A DNA stretch of 57,225 bases from Selaginella moellendorffii (lineage: Eukaryota; Plantae; Lycopodiophyta). Under the pieces are notes generated by a model that saw only the letters and a list, made by a program, of their open reading frames with translations, did not search any database and had not been told where the DNA came from. The stretch's first letter is position 1. Each line of letters begins with the position of its first letter. Location: assembly GCF_000143415.4 (NCBI RefSeq), contig NW_003314466.1, forward strand, positions 1 to 57,225. The letters are read 5' to 3'. A program made the translations under genes and the position numbers. Positions 1-12,936 of the stretch are shown here, piece after piece.

Positions 1-405
1 CACTTGGTATCAAAGATATTCCTTAATTTAACTTTTATTAGTGATTAAGTATATCATCTCTTGATATTGGCAACTAAAGGTCCCATAAGTGGGGTTATAC
101 TCTAGGAGTAATGTGTCAAAAGAGTATAAATCTCCACTTTAATTTATATATGAATTTATAGGCATTGTGGTGGATAAAAAGGGGGACCAATAAAGTAATG
201 ACTTTGGAATCTTAGGGATTATAGAAGGTTTTCCTCAAAGAGTGAAATATGTGATCTATATAAGAGTTTGACTTAACAAATTAACTTTAATATAGTTATG
301 GTAAAAAACTATAGTTGGGATCCCTTGAAGGATGGGGACTCCTATACACTAAGATTATTCTTATGTAGTTAAGGATTGTGTTCATGAATTTAAGAATAAT
401 TATGG

Positions 406-1222
406 TGTAAAAAACTAAAGAAAATAATTTGAGAGACAATCTATAAGGGTTTAAATATAGAGAGAAAAGGCTCATGAACAAGAGTGTCCCTCCTGTTTCA
501 ATTAGTTAAAAATCTTGGAATACTTAGGGTTAAGTGTCTTTAGGTTTGAATAGTATTGGCTAAGTGATCTCTTGGGAGTCCAAATTTAGAAGTTTACATT
601 TGGTATCGAAATGATCTCAGGTCTGATTTTGCTAGTTGGCTAGGGGAATCATACAACGTTATTGATATCTAGCATATCCAGTTTGCTCTAGGGGAATCAT
701 ATCACATATTGAGATTGACATCTGGCATGTTCAGTTTACTCCGGTTGGGCTCAACCAGAAGTGTTAAAAAAATAGAAGAGAGTTGTGGCTCTTAGCTTCC
801 ACTCATAAGGGTGTAAACTTGTAGGGAAGCATGGTAAATTATAAGCAACCAAAGAAAATTATTTGAGAAATGATTTATGAGGTTTAAATATAAAGAAAAA
901 AGGCTCATAAATAAAAGTACACCTCTTTTTTAATCAGTTAAGGGTTTTGGGATATTTGGAATTAAGTGTCCTTGGGTTTGAATAGTATTATGTTAGGTGC
1001 CTAAGAACCCAAAATTCAAGATTTTACATGTGGTATTAAAGAGATTTCAAGTTCGATTCAACTCAAAGGGTAGGGTGTGAAGAGAGCAAAGCTCTTGGGA
1101 GAGTTGCAATTATCAATTTTTGTTTATGAGGGCATGAATTTGCAAAGAAGTATAGTGGATTGTAAACAACTAAAGAGAATAATTTGAAAGACAATTCATA
1201 GATATTCAAATATAGAGAGAGG
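406..1222 (+). mobile_element. Degenerate tandem Cassandra TRIM array (LTR-int-LTR-int-partial LTR)
   Basis: LTR-like units at 406-598, 840-1028 and 1161-~1222 resemble the reverse complement of the Cassandra LTRs at 15766/16098. The first two are followed by a tRNA-Met PBS (TGGTATCG at 601, TGGTATTA at 1031). Confidence 0.75.
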
Positions 1223-2095
1223 TGTAAGTCATAAATTTTTCATTTTCAATTTGATAGTTTACCTCGTCTATCTAACCACCACTACCTTAGCCTTAGTTAA
1301 GTTTTCTTGTCAAGGTTCTGGCCTATTGTACTAGCTTTTACTTGTTTCTACTTGGATTCAACTATTCACTATATAAGCAATGGGGTGTCAGCCATCCATC
1401 CATGGATTCCCAAATTCTCTCCTAATTTCCCTCTCCAGGTGAAATTAGACTTAAAGTTTGGTTACACTCCCCGTAGGCATAATCAGCCAAGTATATCAAG
1501 CCTCCAAGTTTCTAACATCCCTTGGTACAATAAGACTTGATCATGGACCTTTTAAATCCCAAGTCTTGGGTGTATCTTTTACTTCAGAACTCTGGGGGGA
1601 AACACTATGGCCTAATGGCCTGATATGAGTACCTTTACTCCCCCACTTCTGTTTTAAAAAGAAGGCCCAAACCTTTAGGAAGGAATAAGAACCAATGAGT
1701 TATATGGTACTCAAGTGAGATATCACTTTATATAAGTTGGGAGCATTGCAATTTATTTCCCTTTTGAGAGTGGCCTCTCTCAAAAGGCCTCTCTTACACC
1801 ACTTGAGTCCATGTTCATTCCCACCCAATGCCACTAACCCTCACTCTCAACCTTAACTCGATTTGGAAACACTGTTCCTTTAAGATTACGTCCTAGACCT
1901 CACTATCCCTACTATACTTTTGAAACCCCTCCCCCCTCCTCCCCCTAGGAGACAATAGCTTTGGGCTTTCACTCTATGACTTGTATTAGTATTCAGACTT
2001 AGTCTCAGACCTAATTTTGAATTCTAAACTTGGCCTCATTCAATGAACTCTTTATCATTTCAGTTGTGATTTTGTGATCCTTTAACCTGTGACAC
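1223..2095. mobile_element. Degenerate LTR related to the 19204-20923/39376-40991 solo-LTR family
   Basis: Starts TGTAAG..AAATTTT..CATT and shares blocks such as CCCCCTAGG...GCTTTGGGCTTTCAC with the 19.2-20.9 kb LTR. Boundaries are approximate. Confidence 0.45.
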
Positions 2096-2489
2096 CTCAA
2101 GAAGTTTGATTCGTTATAACTCCACAACCCATATCAAACATCTTTATTTAATCCTATGACTTGTTGACCATGTCTCTAGGGGCATCCCCCCACTTAGTGG
2201 TATGCCTAAGTCAATCTCCTTAGCTAGGAGCCCATGACAATGAAATATAGGTGTCCCTATACCCCTCACCTCACCTCGTTCTAATAGAGAGTTAGGACTA
2301 ATCTAGCCTTGCTTTACTAAAGAGTTAGCACTCGAACCCAACCTTTGTAAAATATATCTATAGATTTAATATCCCCTTTGGGAGTCAGGTGTAGCTGCAG
2401 TCGACCTAACTAAACCCATGCTAATTGGCTTACATTTGGGTCCCAATATATGACATTACTCAATTTCACAAATGGATATTTTAATTAAA

Positions 2490-5400
2490 TTTTATATAGG
2501 TATATAAAGTTCTACCTTGCAAAAATTCTTCCACTATATCTCGAGTGTTTACCAAATTCTCCTCCGGTTCCCATATTACTTTGTAAAGTGGAAATCCTTT
2601 CCACTATACATGGGACTCCTTCACCTCGCATCCTTGTTACTTGCTCTTGAGGATGACCTCAACCTCATATTCTTCCTACCCTTGGATAACCTTAGGTAAA
2701 AGTTTCATTTGGTCTTTGCAAAGTGGGTCCTTAAAGTACAGTTTGAGTAAGTTCATATAGAATACAAAATGCATCTTCCCCATCTTTCTGGGAAGTCGGA
2801 GGCAATAATCCATTTTACAAATTTAAGCCTCAATCTCATAAGGCTCTATAAGCTTGCTTAAAGAACTTAAAATCAGTTCATTTCTAGAAATATATGCATT
2901 TTACCTTTGGATCAACTTCTAGTTGATCCCATTTGATAGCTTTAGATTCTTGGTGTTCAACCATACCTTCTCCCTAAGTTAGAACTTTTATTTTTTGGTT
3001 TGCATTTGTTGAGCCTATTCTAAGGAATCCCTCACTGGATTCCAAATGTTAAGTTTTTCCACTATGAACACCTCCACTGCAAGTAACTCTCCATAATACT
3101 CGGCCACGCCAAGTTTTATGAGACCTTCAATAACTCACCTTAACACTCGAATGTGGTGAGTTATTATAGCACATTTTTGCAAGTCCCAAATGATTTACCT
3201 AATCAGTCTGGTTTTCAAAGACATAGCATCATAAATAATCCTCCAGTTGCCTATTCACCTTTTATGTTTATTCATTTGTCAAAAAGTGTTATTACCATCA
3301 TACTTAAGTCAATACTCAATACTTATATGTAGGTGATAGGTTGTGCTAAATTTTAGTTTGGTGTAATACTACTCTAGGAGAGTTCTCTAGAACCTATTAG
3401 TAAAAATCTTATCTCGATCTAACATGATTCTTTCGGTCTCCCCCACACTCAAATCACTTGTTTGAAGAATAGCTTCGCCACACTTTCTACATCCACTTAT
3501 GTTGTAGTGGGTATGAAATGTGACATTTTAGAAAACCGATCCACCATTATAAATATTGTATCAAACCCCTCACTTGTGGGGAGTCTTGTGATGAAGTCCA
3601 TTGTAAAAAATTTCTATAGATGATTAGGAATTGGGAGGCTTTGCAAGAAGTCTTTAGTAGCCTTAGTCATGACCTTTATCTGTTGATATGTTGAACATGT
3701 CTTTACATAGTTTTGAATGTTCTTAGCAATGTCTGGCTAGTGATACTTTCTCTTAAGTAAACCCATCATCTTGGACACTCCGCTATGTCCCACAAGAGGT
3801 TCATTATAACACTCTTTTAAGGCTACTTTTCTTAGTTTCCCTTGTTAAACGGGGCCTTTTATTTTCCAGAAAAGCATAAAAAAAACTAGGCGTGGTTTCG
3901 TTGGGCACAAAACTAGCAAAAAGCCTTTATCTAGAAGGGCTTACAATGGAATTACCTACGGAGAGGGCGGTTGCTCATGAACTGGAACTCGAAAGTCTGC
4001 CCAGATGTGTCACTTGGAACCATTCGTCTGGTGGTGCCCACATCCATTCCCGAGTACCTACCTCCCCTTGCTTCCACAAGAAATGCTAGATCTATGCTTC
4101 TTTTCTCACTTTTTCTGGACCATTTTGCCCTCCTCTCTTTTCCAGTTGTAGGACACAGGCTGCTGCTGCAGTGATCATTCTAGTCCACACCTATGACACC
4201 ACCACCTTTGGTCCTTCGTCTTTGTCGTTAAAAATTCTGTTGCACCAGGCTTTCCACACTTCCCACAACATAATTCCTTGCAGTAGGTCCACTATCTCCG
4301 AGGGAACTCCTACTATGTCTTTTCTTGTCGTGTTGAGCTGGTCAAACCGTGGTACCCCTTCCCCTATTGAGGACCATTTCCAAGAGTCTATTCCATTTCA
4401 CATTCCTGTAGCAGCTTTGCCCCACACTGTCACTTCATACGTGAGGCACACTTGTCTTTGGGAATGTTGTTGCAGCAACTAGCATGTGCTTCTCCACACG
4501 TCTTGTGCGCTTTCACATTCCCAAAGTATGTGCCTTTGTGTCTCCCTCGCTCCACATTTATTGCAAGATTGGTCCGGGAGATGTATGATTCGTTTAGATG
4601 GTAGTTGATCTTGCATAACCAACCACATGAAGTATCTTGTTTTCGCCGCCCATCTTCCTTTCCACAACCTCTTTAATATCGCCTGTTGTATCATGTCATG
4701 TATGTTAGCTCGTTTCATTCTTGATACCAGTAGCGCGGCTGAATGAATTTTCTTCCCAGTCTTGTCTCGTAAGCAAAGAACTCTTCCTGTGTCCTTCACT
4801 GCCAATTCCATTCTGTTGGATCTCAGACCAACTTGCTTAGTTTTGGTTGCCTAAACTAGTACAGCCTGGCTACGAGGCCTTCCGTTATTGTCGGGTCCAT
4901 CGATGCTGTTTTCTTATCCATCCTTTGTACCCGTATCTGCTCTAATCTTGACATGTCCGGTCATATACTTTCCTCGGGCACCTTGTATGATAGCAATCAA
5001 CCAACCACCCCAACTTCGAAAGCAATACATTTGGCCTGATCTTGAGTTGCCGTATATATCACCTTTCCATCGGCTATCCACCACATTGGTGTCGTTTCTC
5101 TGACTTCCCTAATGCTCTGCTTGCAGTACCTTCGTGCGTCCTCAAAAGCTATTTCAAATTTTTTCCAATCAGTGCACCGAGATTTCCAGTCCATAAAACA
5201 CTTGTAGCATGTCTCTGTTCCTTTTTGTTTCCCCCATTTTCAACATCGAGTTGGCCTCTACAAATGTTCTCATCCCAGCACTGTGCAAGCCCCAGCATAC
5301 TTTGTCTATTCCTTTGTCCCCTATTTCTCCCAAGCATTTCCCCTTATATTGGAACAATTTGTTAAGGAATATTGGTTGTCGGTCCAGCTCGTAACTATTT

Positions 5401-8050
5401 GCTAGTTTTCTTTTGCTTTTGAACTCTTTCCATAGTCTGAATAGTTTCATTGAGAACGTATTTGGTCTTGGCATTTTTAAAGCACATTCAGCGAACAGCC
5501 ACCTTTCATCTTTTCCCCAATTCTGCCTCGTGTGTTCTAGTCTATCTGGGATGACCTTGAGCAGTTGGTGGTGTAGTAAGAGTTTCCAAGACTGGTTTCC
5601 AAGCATATTCATTCGATGAAAGATCTTGAATAATAGTGCCTTGCATTGTTCCTCTATATCGATTATGTTTATGCCCCCATCCTACTTCGCTCTTGTGACT
5701 AAGCTCCATCCAACCTTTGCCCCTCCTCTTGAGACTGTTGCATGTCCCTTCCATATGTATGTCCTGATGAGTTTGTTCATGTCTTTTAGTGTTTTCTTGC
5801 CTAAGTTCCATGCTGCTGCTAGAAACCAGATTGCCCCTAGCACGATATTGTTCGCCACTACACATTTTGTTGAGAAGGACAACTTTCGTGATGCCTAGAA
5901 TTTTAGTTGATCTCTGAGCTTGTCAACTGCTTTTTGATTATGCGGGAGACGGTTATAGTCCCAGCCCACTTGAAACCCCAAGTATCTTGTTGTTTCCCCT
6001 TGTTTCAGTCACTTAAAATCCTACTCCCCCCCCAGTTTGGCATGTCAGAACTTATTCCCATCGATTTTCCCCAGTTTATTCTTGAGTCTGCTGCCAAGTT
6101 GAAAAAGTTTAAATCCTCCTTGACTTTGCTCATGTTTTCTAGGGAGCCTGATGTTATGATTCCCGTGTCATCTACAAAGGCACTAGATTCCAACTGTGTT
6201 TCTGCTATCCCTGCTAGGTCTTGTAACGAGTCTCTGTACCCAGGTAAGACCAACCCCTCCAGCCCATCCACTCTTGCTAGATAATGTGGTAATGCATTGG
6301 CCGCGAAAAGGAACAAAAAAGGGGCCAAAGGACACTCTTGTTTTACTGACCATTGTAACTTGATCATGTTCCCACTGTCCTATTTATTGTAACCTTGCTT
6401 GATGCGCCTTGATATAAGGTGGTCATCCATTCTATAAACTTGTCTGGAATGCCAATTTTCCTCATTGTTGTTTGCAAAAACTCCCAGTCCACTCTATGGT
6501 ATGCCTTCTCATAATCCAAGAGTATTATTACCATCTCTAGTCCTTGGTCCTTTATTTGTTCTTATGTGAGCAACACTGTCAATGTGTTGTCTACCAACTG
6601 TCTACCTTCCACAAATCTGTTTTGGGTGTCATATATTGTTTTGGCAGTATCGGCCGTAATCTCTTAGTTAACATTTTGGCTACTATCTCTTAGTTCCCCT
6701 TGTGGAATATATACTTTGTTTACCTATAATAAATGAGTTTATATAACCCATTTTCTCTTTCCTAGATGGCTCACCTCTCTAGTGAGCATCCTGCTCCTCT
6801 TAGTTCCTTAGCAACACTTCTTGTGCTAGACTATTGTCCTCATATACTGTTCACGTATCATCCCAAAAGGTTGTTGTGTTGGATATCACTAACTTTAAGC
6901 TTACTTTTTGACTTAGAGAATTTGCCACAATATTACTTTTCTTAAATTTATAAAAAATCTCACAATCAAACTCATTGAAAGCATTAGCCCATGGTAATGT
7001 TGCCACTCCTTGAGTGCTTTGACCACCAAAAATAGTTTCTTTTTATGGGCAGGCCATTTTTGTTGAGCATTGTTCAACTTCTTCAAAAAGAATGTCATTG
7101 GATGGTTGTTTTACTTCAAAATTGTGCCCAATGCAAAGTTTAAAATTTATGTTCTACCTCAAAGTCTTTACTAAAGTTTGGTAATGCTAACGCGGGAGTC
7201 TTCCTCAATTTCCCTTTGAAGTGGACAAATGCTACCTCATATTCAATTGTTTATACCATTTTCCTTTTTCCCATTTGGTATGTTTGATAAACTTTTGGTA
7301 GTAGTTGCATAACTCTAACAACATTTAACTTGTGTACATTTGGTAATCATTCCCATTCTTGGATCATTTGCATCTTCTCAAGGTCCACTCTGAGCACGTT
7401 CTTCCCCACCACATGCCCGAGAAACTTTACCTTTTATTAAGCAAAGTCACATTTTCTCTCTTTAACATACAACTTATGTTCCTTTAGTTTCTCAAACACT
7501 TTTGTTAAGTGTTTGGCATGCTCCTTTAATGTCTCACTATAAATCATGATGTCGTCAATATAAATGACTAAAAAGTGATCTAGATAGGATACAAAAATAT
7601 GGTTCACCAATGCCGAGAACGTTGCCAGTGCATTGCACAACCCAAAAGGCATCATCAGAAACTCAGAGCTTCCATACCTCATCTGATAAGTTGTCTTCTT
7701 GACTTTAGGTTAATTCTTGAAAAGTATTTTGCCTTTCTCAATCTATTGAATAGATCCTCAATCCTTCATAAAGGGTATTTGTTCTTCTTTGTATACTTAT
7801 TAAGTAATTGATAGTCTATGCACATGTATATAGAGCCATCTTTCTTTTTCACAAATAACACTAACACACTATATGACAACTTACTCAATCTAACATATCT
7901 TTTATCCATCAACTTCTCAAGTTGGCACTTGAGATTCTTAAATTCGTTTTTGTTTAACCAATAAAGGGGATGAACCACCACCTTAGCACTCTCGACTAGC
8001 TGGATATTATGTTCTATTGGTCGGGTAAGGGAACCCCGTCGATAATTCCT
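2490..8050 (-). mobile_element. Decayed Ty3/gypsy chromovirus pol (RT-RNaseH-integrase-chromodomain), interrupted by a LINE
   Basis: RT fragments (7437-7981: MPFGLCNA, YIDDIMIYS, KKKDGS..MCIDY), RNase H (6913-7098), integrase remnants ~2900-3830 and a chromodomain remnant ~2520-2640 (WKGFP...WEPEENL). Many stops and frameshifts. Confidence 0.85.
3846..6687 (-). mobile_element. 5'-truncated L1-like LINE (RT C-terminal part, zf-RVT), pseudogenised
   Basis: Motifs LLDYEKAYHRVDWEFL, QECPLAPFLF, FVDDT, and FMWLV...CNKCGARETQRHILWEC. Flanked by a ~16-bp TSD: TCTTAGTTTCCCTTGT (3830-3845) / TCTTAGTTCCCCTTGT (6688-6703). Confidence 0.88.
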
Positions 8051-8314
8051 TTAGTACGGTATCTTAGCTAAATGTGGACCCCAACCCTATTATACTCCCT
8101 TTTTCACAAGTTATCATTGAAGTGCACCTTAATAGCTACATTTAATGCTGCTTTATAGTTGATTGAGGTCCAACATATCACCTTGCCCCGAGTCCAAGTT
8201 TGTAAGCTTGATATGAAGGCATGGAACACATCCATGTCGCCCATATCTATGATAAGGATCCTCTTGGTTGTAAACACATTCATATACTCTTGAATAGTTT
8301 TTGTCTATTTTAGT

Positions 8315-9080
8315 ATTGCAAATGTGATTATGGGTATCGAAAGTTACTTGTCAGCTAGTCCTTTGGATATTCTCTCCTTACTATCATGACAGCAAGAGGT
8401 TGGTATTTATCAGTCCCTCTTATGCTAATGGAGTTAACTAAGCATTTCAAGAGACGAGCATAAGGACGAAATTCCTACGTGCTATTAGCTAAGCATACTT
8501 AGCCTAGTAAAGAGTTCTTATCTCATTATGTCTTGCACTGGCTAGTGACAAGAACCTCTGCATATTGAGAATAGTCCCTTAATATTGCCAGATGATAACT
8601 TACCATATCTGCCAAACATCCTCATTATCATGTCTTATGTGTTAGTCTTGTTTAGTTTTAATTTATGGAGAGTGTCTAGATTTGCTAATTTAGCATATCT
8701 ATGGAATGTAGAGATTGTTCTAAACACAATAGTGTGGGTCCCATATTCAAATTTGCAATCTAATGTCATTCCATATTTAGTAAGTTTTTATGTTTGTCCC
8801 AAAGACTAACTTTTGGTACCAAGGATGACTAGGGGTGAAAGCCCAAAGCATGCATTCCTAAATGGGAGGGGGGGGTTCCAAATGTATAGTAAGGATAGTG
8901 GGTAGGTCGAACATGGTTGATTAACCTAAGGTATAGTTTAGCTCCTACTTGCGTGCTTGTGTCTAAGCCTAAGTTCCATACCATGCTAGCTAGTGGAGTA
9001 CCCATATCTTCATGTTAGGCCACCAGTATATTAAACTAGTGCTAAACTCTATTTAGCTCCATTTTGCATGTTAGTCTTAG
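8315..9080 (+). mobile_element. Degenerate LTR of the chromovirus family at 44891-52037, opposite orientation
   Basis: Reverse-complement similarity to 51119-52037 (e.g. GGGGTGAAAGCCCAAAGC, AGTGTCTAGATT, TCGAAAG.TACTTGTC). Confidence 0.65.
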
Positions 9081-10497
9081 CATTGGGATGCTAGATATTA
9101 TAAGACTATTCTTACGTCACTCTGTGCTTTTGTCCCTTTACTCCTTGGGTTGAACGCTTGGGAGTTGCTCTATGTTCTAGTTCCTTTACTCCTTGGTTCC
9201 ATACTTATTAAACAAGTATATAACTTAATGACGTAAGTTTAGTGTTTGGGACTTATGAAGTAAGTAAGTTTAATAACATAACCCTTTACAACACCATTCA
9301 GTAAAGTAAGCCCCACCATTGCAAAATCATCATCAAGCACATAGTTTTTCCATATTGGCATGTCAACTTTACCTTTGTCAATATTATTTGATTGCTTTTA
9401 GTTTTTAGTGTTGGATTACATTACATTGAGTCTTGAATGTGGTGATTCACTCCTTGATGATGTATTATATATAGCTGAGTATTATCAAAGGATTAGTCTC
9501 AGATGCTAAGTATAGTATCTTCAACCTTGGTTAGTCTAGTTGCTAAAGAGTTTTGAGTGGTGATTTGCTCTCTCTTTTCTTTAGTTTTGCTATAATGTTG
9601 ATGGCATTGAAATGATGCTCTATCGTTGACATTGTTACTATCAAGATTCAAGTGAAATGAAATGTCTCTTGAAAAAATTGATATTGAGTTTCTGTAGCAT
9701 ATATGGTTTTTACCCTTTATCCTATGGTGATTTACCATAGGATAACAACGAAGTGGAACCTAAACCATCCATGTGCCACATGTCATGTATCTAAAGGATA
9801 GTGGTATGAAACCCAAGTTTCATAGCCTTGGGCCACTAAACAAAGAACAGAGCCAAACTCCTAAGTATGGAGCGAAGGAGCGAAGGTACTAGAGCACAGA
9901 GTGACTTTCGAGCATATAGCCCAAAGAGCAAAGGACAAGAGCACAAAGCGACTTGAAACAGTCCTAGAGCATCCAGTATTCCAATGCCAAGACCAGCATG
10001 CAAAATAGAGCCAAACAAAGTCTAGTGGTATTTCAACATATTAGTGGCCTAACACAAGGATATATGGGTACTCCACCAACTAATATGGTATGGAACTTAG
10101 GATTAAATCCACGCAAGACACAAAGCAAAAATAGGCATGCAAACGAGAGCTAGACTATACCTCAAGTTGGTCAGTCATGCCTAACCTATTGATTATCCCT
10201 ACTATACATTTAAAACCCCCCTCCCCCCTCCTTTGAGGAACACACGCTTTGGGCTTTCACCCTAAGCCTCCCTTAGTATCAGGAGTTAGTCTCTAGGACA
10301 AACTTGAAACTTATTAAATATAAAATATCCTTAGATTGTGAATTTAGACACGGGATGAACACCATTGTGTTCAAAATAATCTCTACATTCCATAAATATG
10401 CCAAATAAGTAAATCTAAACACTTTCCATAAATAGTATTTGGGATCGGAATGAGACTAACACAAAAGGTGTGATAGCGAAGGTGTTTGATAGATATG

Positions 10498-10916
10498 TGG
10501 AGAAGGGAGAAAAAGACAAGCTCAAGGATTCAAGCTTAGGAAAGTAAACTTGAGAGGTTCAAGGTTAGGACTGTATTCCTAACCTTGACGTGAGCAGTAG
10601 CGACTATAAAAGTAGGACTTAGAATGTTTTTAGACTTATCCCTAATACAAAATACATTGCAATACATTGTCTTTCTGCTTATCTCTTCGGCTCTTCACAA
10701 CAATGTCTTACTTACCCACCGCCTTCAAGGGATCAAAGGCGTGGGACTAGCACCTTCAAGCACTTGTTCACAGTCTCAACTTGGCTTGGCACAAACAGGT
10801 AAATGCATTCTTCTTGTAGTGTAGTTTTAGTTTTAGGGACTAGATTAGATTTGAAACTCCTAGGAAAATCTCGTGTGGACGTTTTCCTCCCAGATTAGAG
10901 ATTCCAGGAGTTTTCA
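10498..10916 (+). repeat. 5' LTR
   Basis: TGGAGAAG...TTTTCA; direct repeat of 14904-15322. Confidence 0.95.
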
Positions 10917-10917
10917 C

Positions 10918-10935
10918 TGGTGACCACGGTGGGAT
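10918..10935 (+). promoter_or_regulatory. Primer binding site, tRNA-Arg-like
   Basis: TGGTGACCACGGTGGGAT lies 1 nt after the LTR and resembles the complement of the plant tRNA-Arg(UCG) 3' end (recalled, not aligned). Confidence 0.7.
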
Positions 10936-11773
10936 AGGCGAAGTGAAGAGCACCCAAAGAATGAAGATTGGCAGCCTTGGCTACAACTAGAAGATGAAGC
11001 TGAAGTCAAGAATCAAGGGAAAAATCGAAAAGAAACAAAAAGAAGAAAACAAAACGAAAAAGAAGAAAATCGACAAAATCCTAGAGCAAGAAGCATGGAA
11101 ATCATGCTAGAGACCAAGCGTTTGAAGGCTACGATCATCTAGAGATCGCCCACTTCTCAAAAAGTCCAAGAATCTTCCATAACCGCCTCTTGGCGAGAGG
11201 TCGAAGACGAAGAATATTCTGCACATTAGAATATTCGAAGAATCTCCGACAAGAAAATTAGAGCAAACAAGTGCTAACAAGCATGAAAACATGAAGAATG
11301 AAAAAACACGACTGCCCATTTGGAGATACAAACTGCACAAGATACGAGGACTGCCTTTTGTGTGGATTCAGAAATTGTGCTAAACCATACAAACAATGCT
11401 ATCCAAAATGGTGATGCGACACTTGCAAACAAGCGAAAGCAAGACTACGAATCAGGGATGACATTGCCGCAACAGAAGAGAGAAAGAAACGAGAAGAAAT
11501 AGCCCACGAAAATGACACTAAAAAGAGTGACAATAGTTTAAAAAAAAGAAGAAAAACAGAGCACTAGTTGCTTTCAAGAATTCAAAGAAACAGTCTTGCG
11601 ACTATTACACAATTTGTCCAGCAAATTGAAAGAACCAAAGGGGAGGAATGATAAAAGAGAATGAACAATCACCAAAATTTTGTAGCCCACATGAGGAGAG
11701 CGATAACAATGACGCAAAATGGAAATTTTGGGCTTGCACGAGAGACCAGCGAGATGAGGAAATCCCTCGATAG

Positions 11774-12688
11774 ATGCAAGACTCTCAAAACTTTTTAGAA
11801 GCCATTAGGCAGCTGCCATCTGAGATTCAGGAACGAATCTTTAATTTAGTTCACAACACATTAGACAAGGAGAACTATACACCAATTTGCAACAGCGCTA
11901 TCATACACGGCACACAGTTTATAGGAAAACAAGATAAACAAGAATTGTATACGTGGAGAATCATCCTCGAGCTCTCGTGGAGATCTTTCGTGTACATCGA
12001 TCAAGAATTTATTTGTCTTAAGGAAGAAGTTGAGTGGCATACTTGGGACGCTGTCACTCGAATTTACGAAGAAATTCCAAGGTTCCTGCTTAGAGAAATA
12101 CAGGAAATACTTGGACAGCAATTTGTAAGAGGATTTATTACACCGGTTGGAAGTGCAATACATGAGCTTACTGACCTCAAGATAAAGGAAGGACTGTGGG
12201 AAAAAGAGTGCTGGATAGATCCGCGCACACATAGGCTTAAAGCAACAAAAATTTTTTGGAATCCATACCTTGACATGTGGACACCATTTGAAAAGAAAAA
12301 CATACAGGAATGAAGTTGGAAACCCGTATCAATCGGAGAAGGAGAAGTGAGAACATTAAAAATACAACCACTGTTGTATTTAGCATTTTCAAATATTTTT
12401 ATCGACTGGGAAACACAAACGCTCATAGTGAGAGCTCGCATTCCAGTACGACCAACATATTGTAAGAGACCAAAACAATTGTTCAAGAATTTAGATAAGA
12501 TTGGACTCCTAAAGAGAGTTGCAATCATTTGCATACCTGCTCGATCCCAAACTTGGAGAGCAGCACCAAATATCACTAGCGAACAGCTACATCGATCAAT
12601 TTATGACACAACCAACCTCCTTCCACAAACAAAATCGTACTTATTTACACCACCAGTTTTTTCAAATACAAGACCTTTTCTGAGCTAG
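11774..12688 (+). pseudogene. Extra ORF upstream of gag (~304 codons), unknown function, one in-frame TGA
   Basis: ORFs 11774-12313 and 12347-12688 are in the same frame, separated only by TGA at 12311-12313. Confidence 0.6.
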
Positions 12689-12936
12689 ACACAGGAAAGT
12701 GACCTCGAGAAGAAAATTGGGAAGAATCGAGAAAGAAAAAAACTCGATTGAAGACTCAAGACACAAGAGCTTGACTTCGTATTTATACAACAAAACCAAA
12801 CTTGTAACAGACTCAAGGCGTAAGAGCTTGACTTTGCAATCTATGAAGAACAACATTTGACTCAAGACAACTTAGGCAACACATAAATTCAGGAAACTTA
12901 CCTCAACATTCAAATTGAGAAGACTCAGCAAATTGA

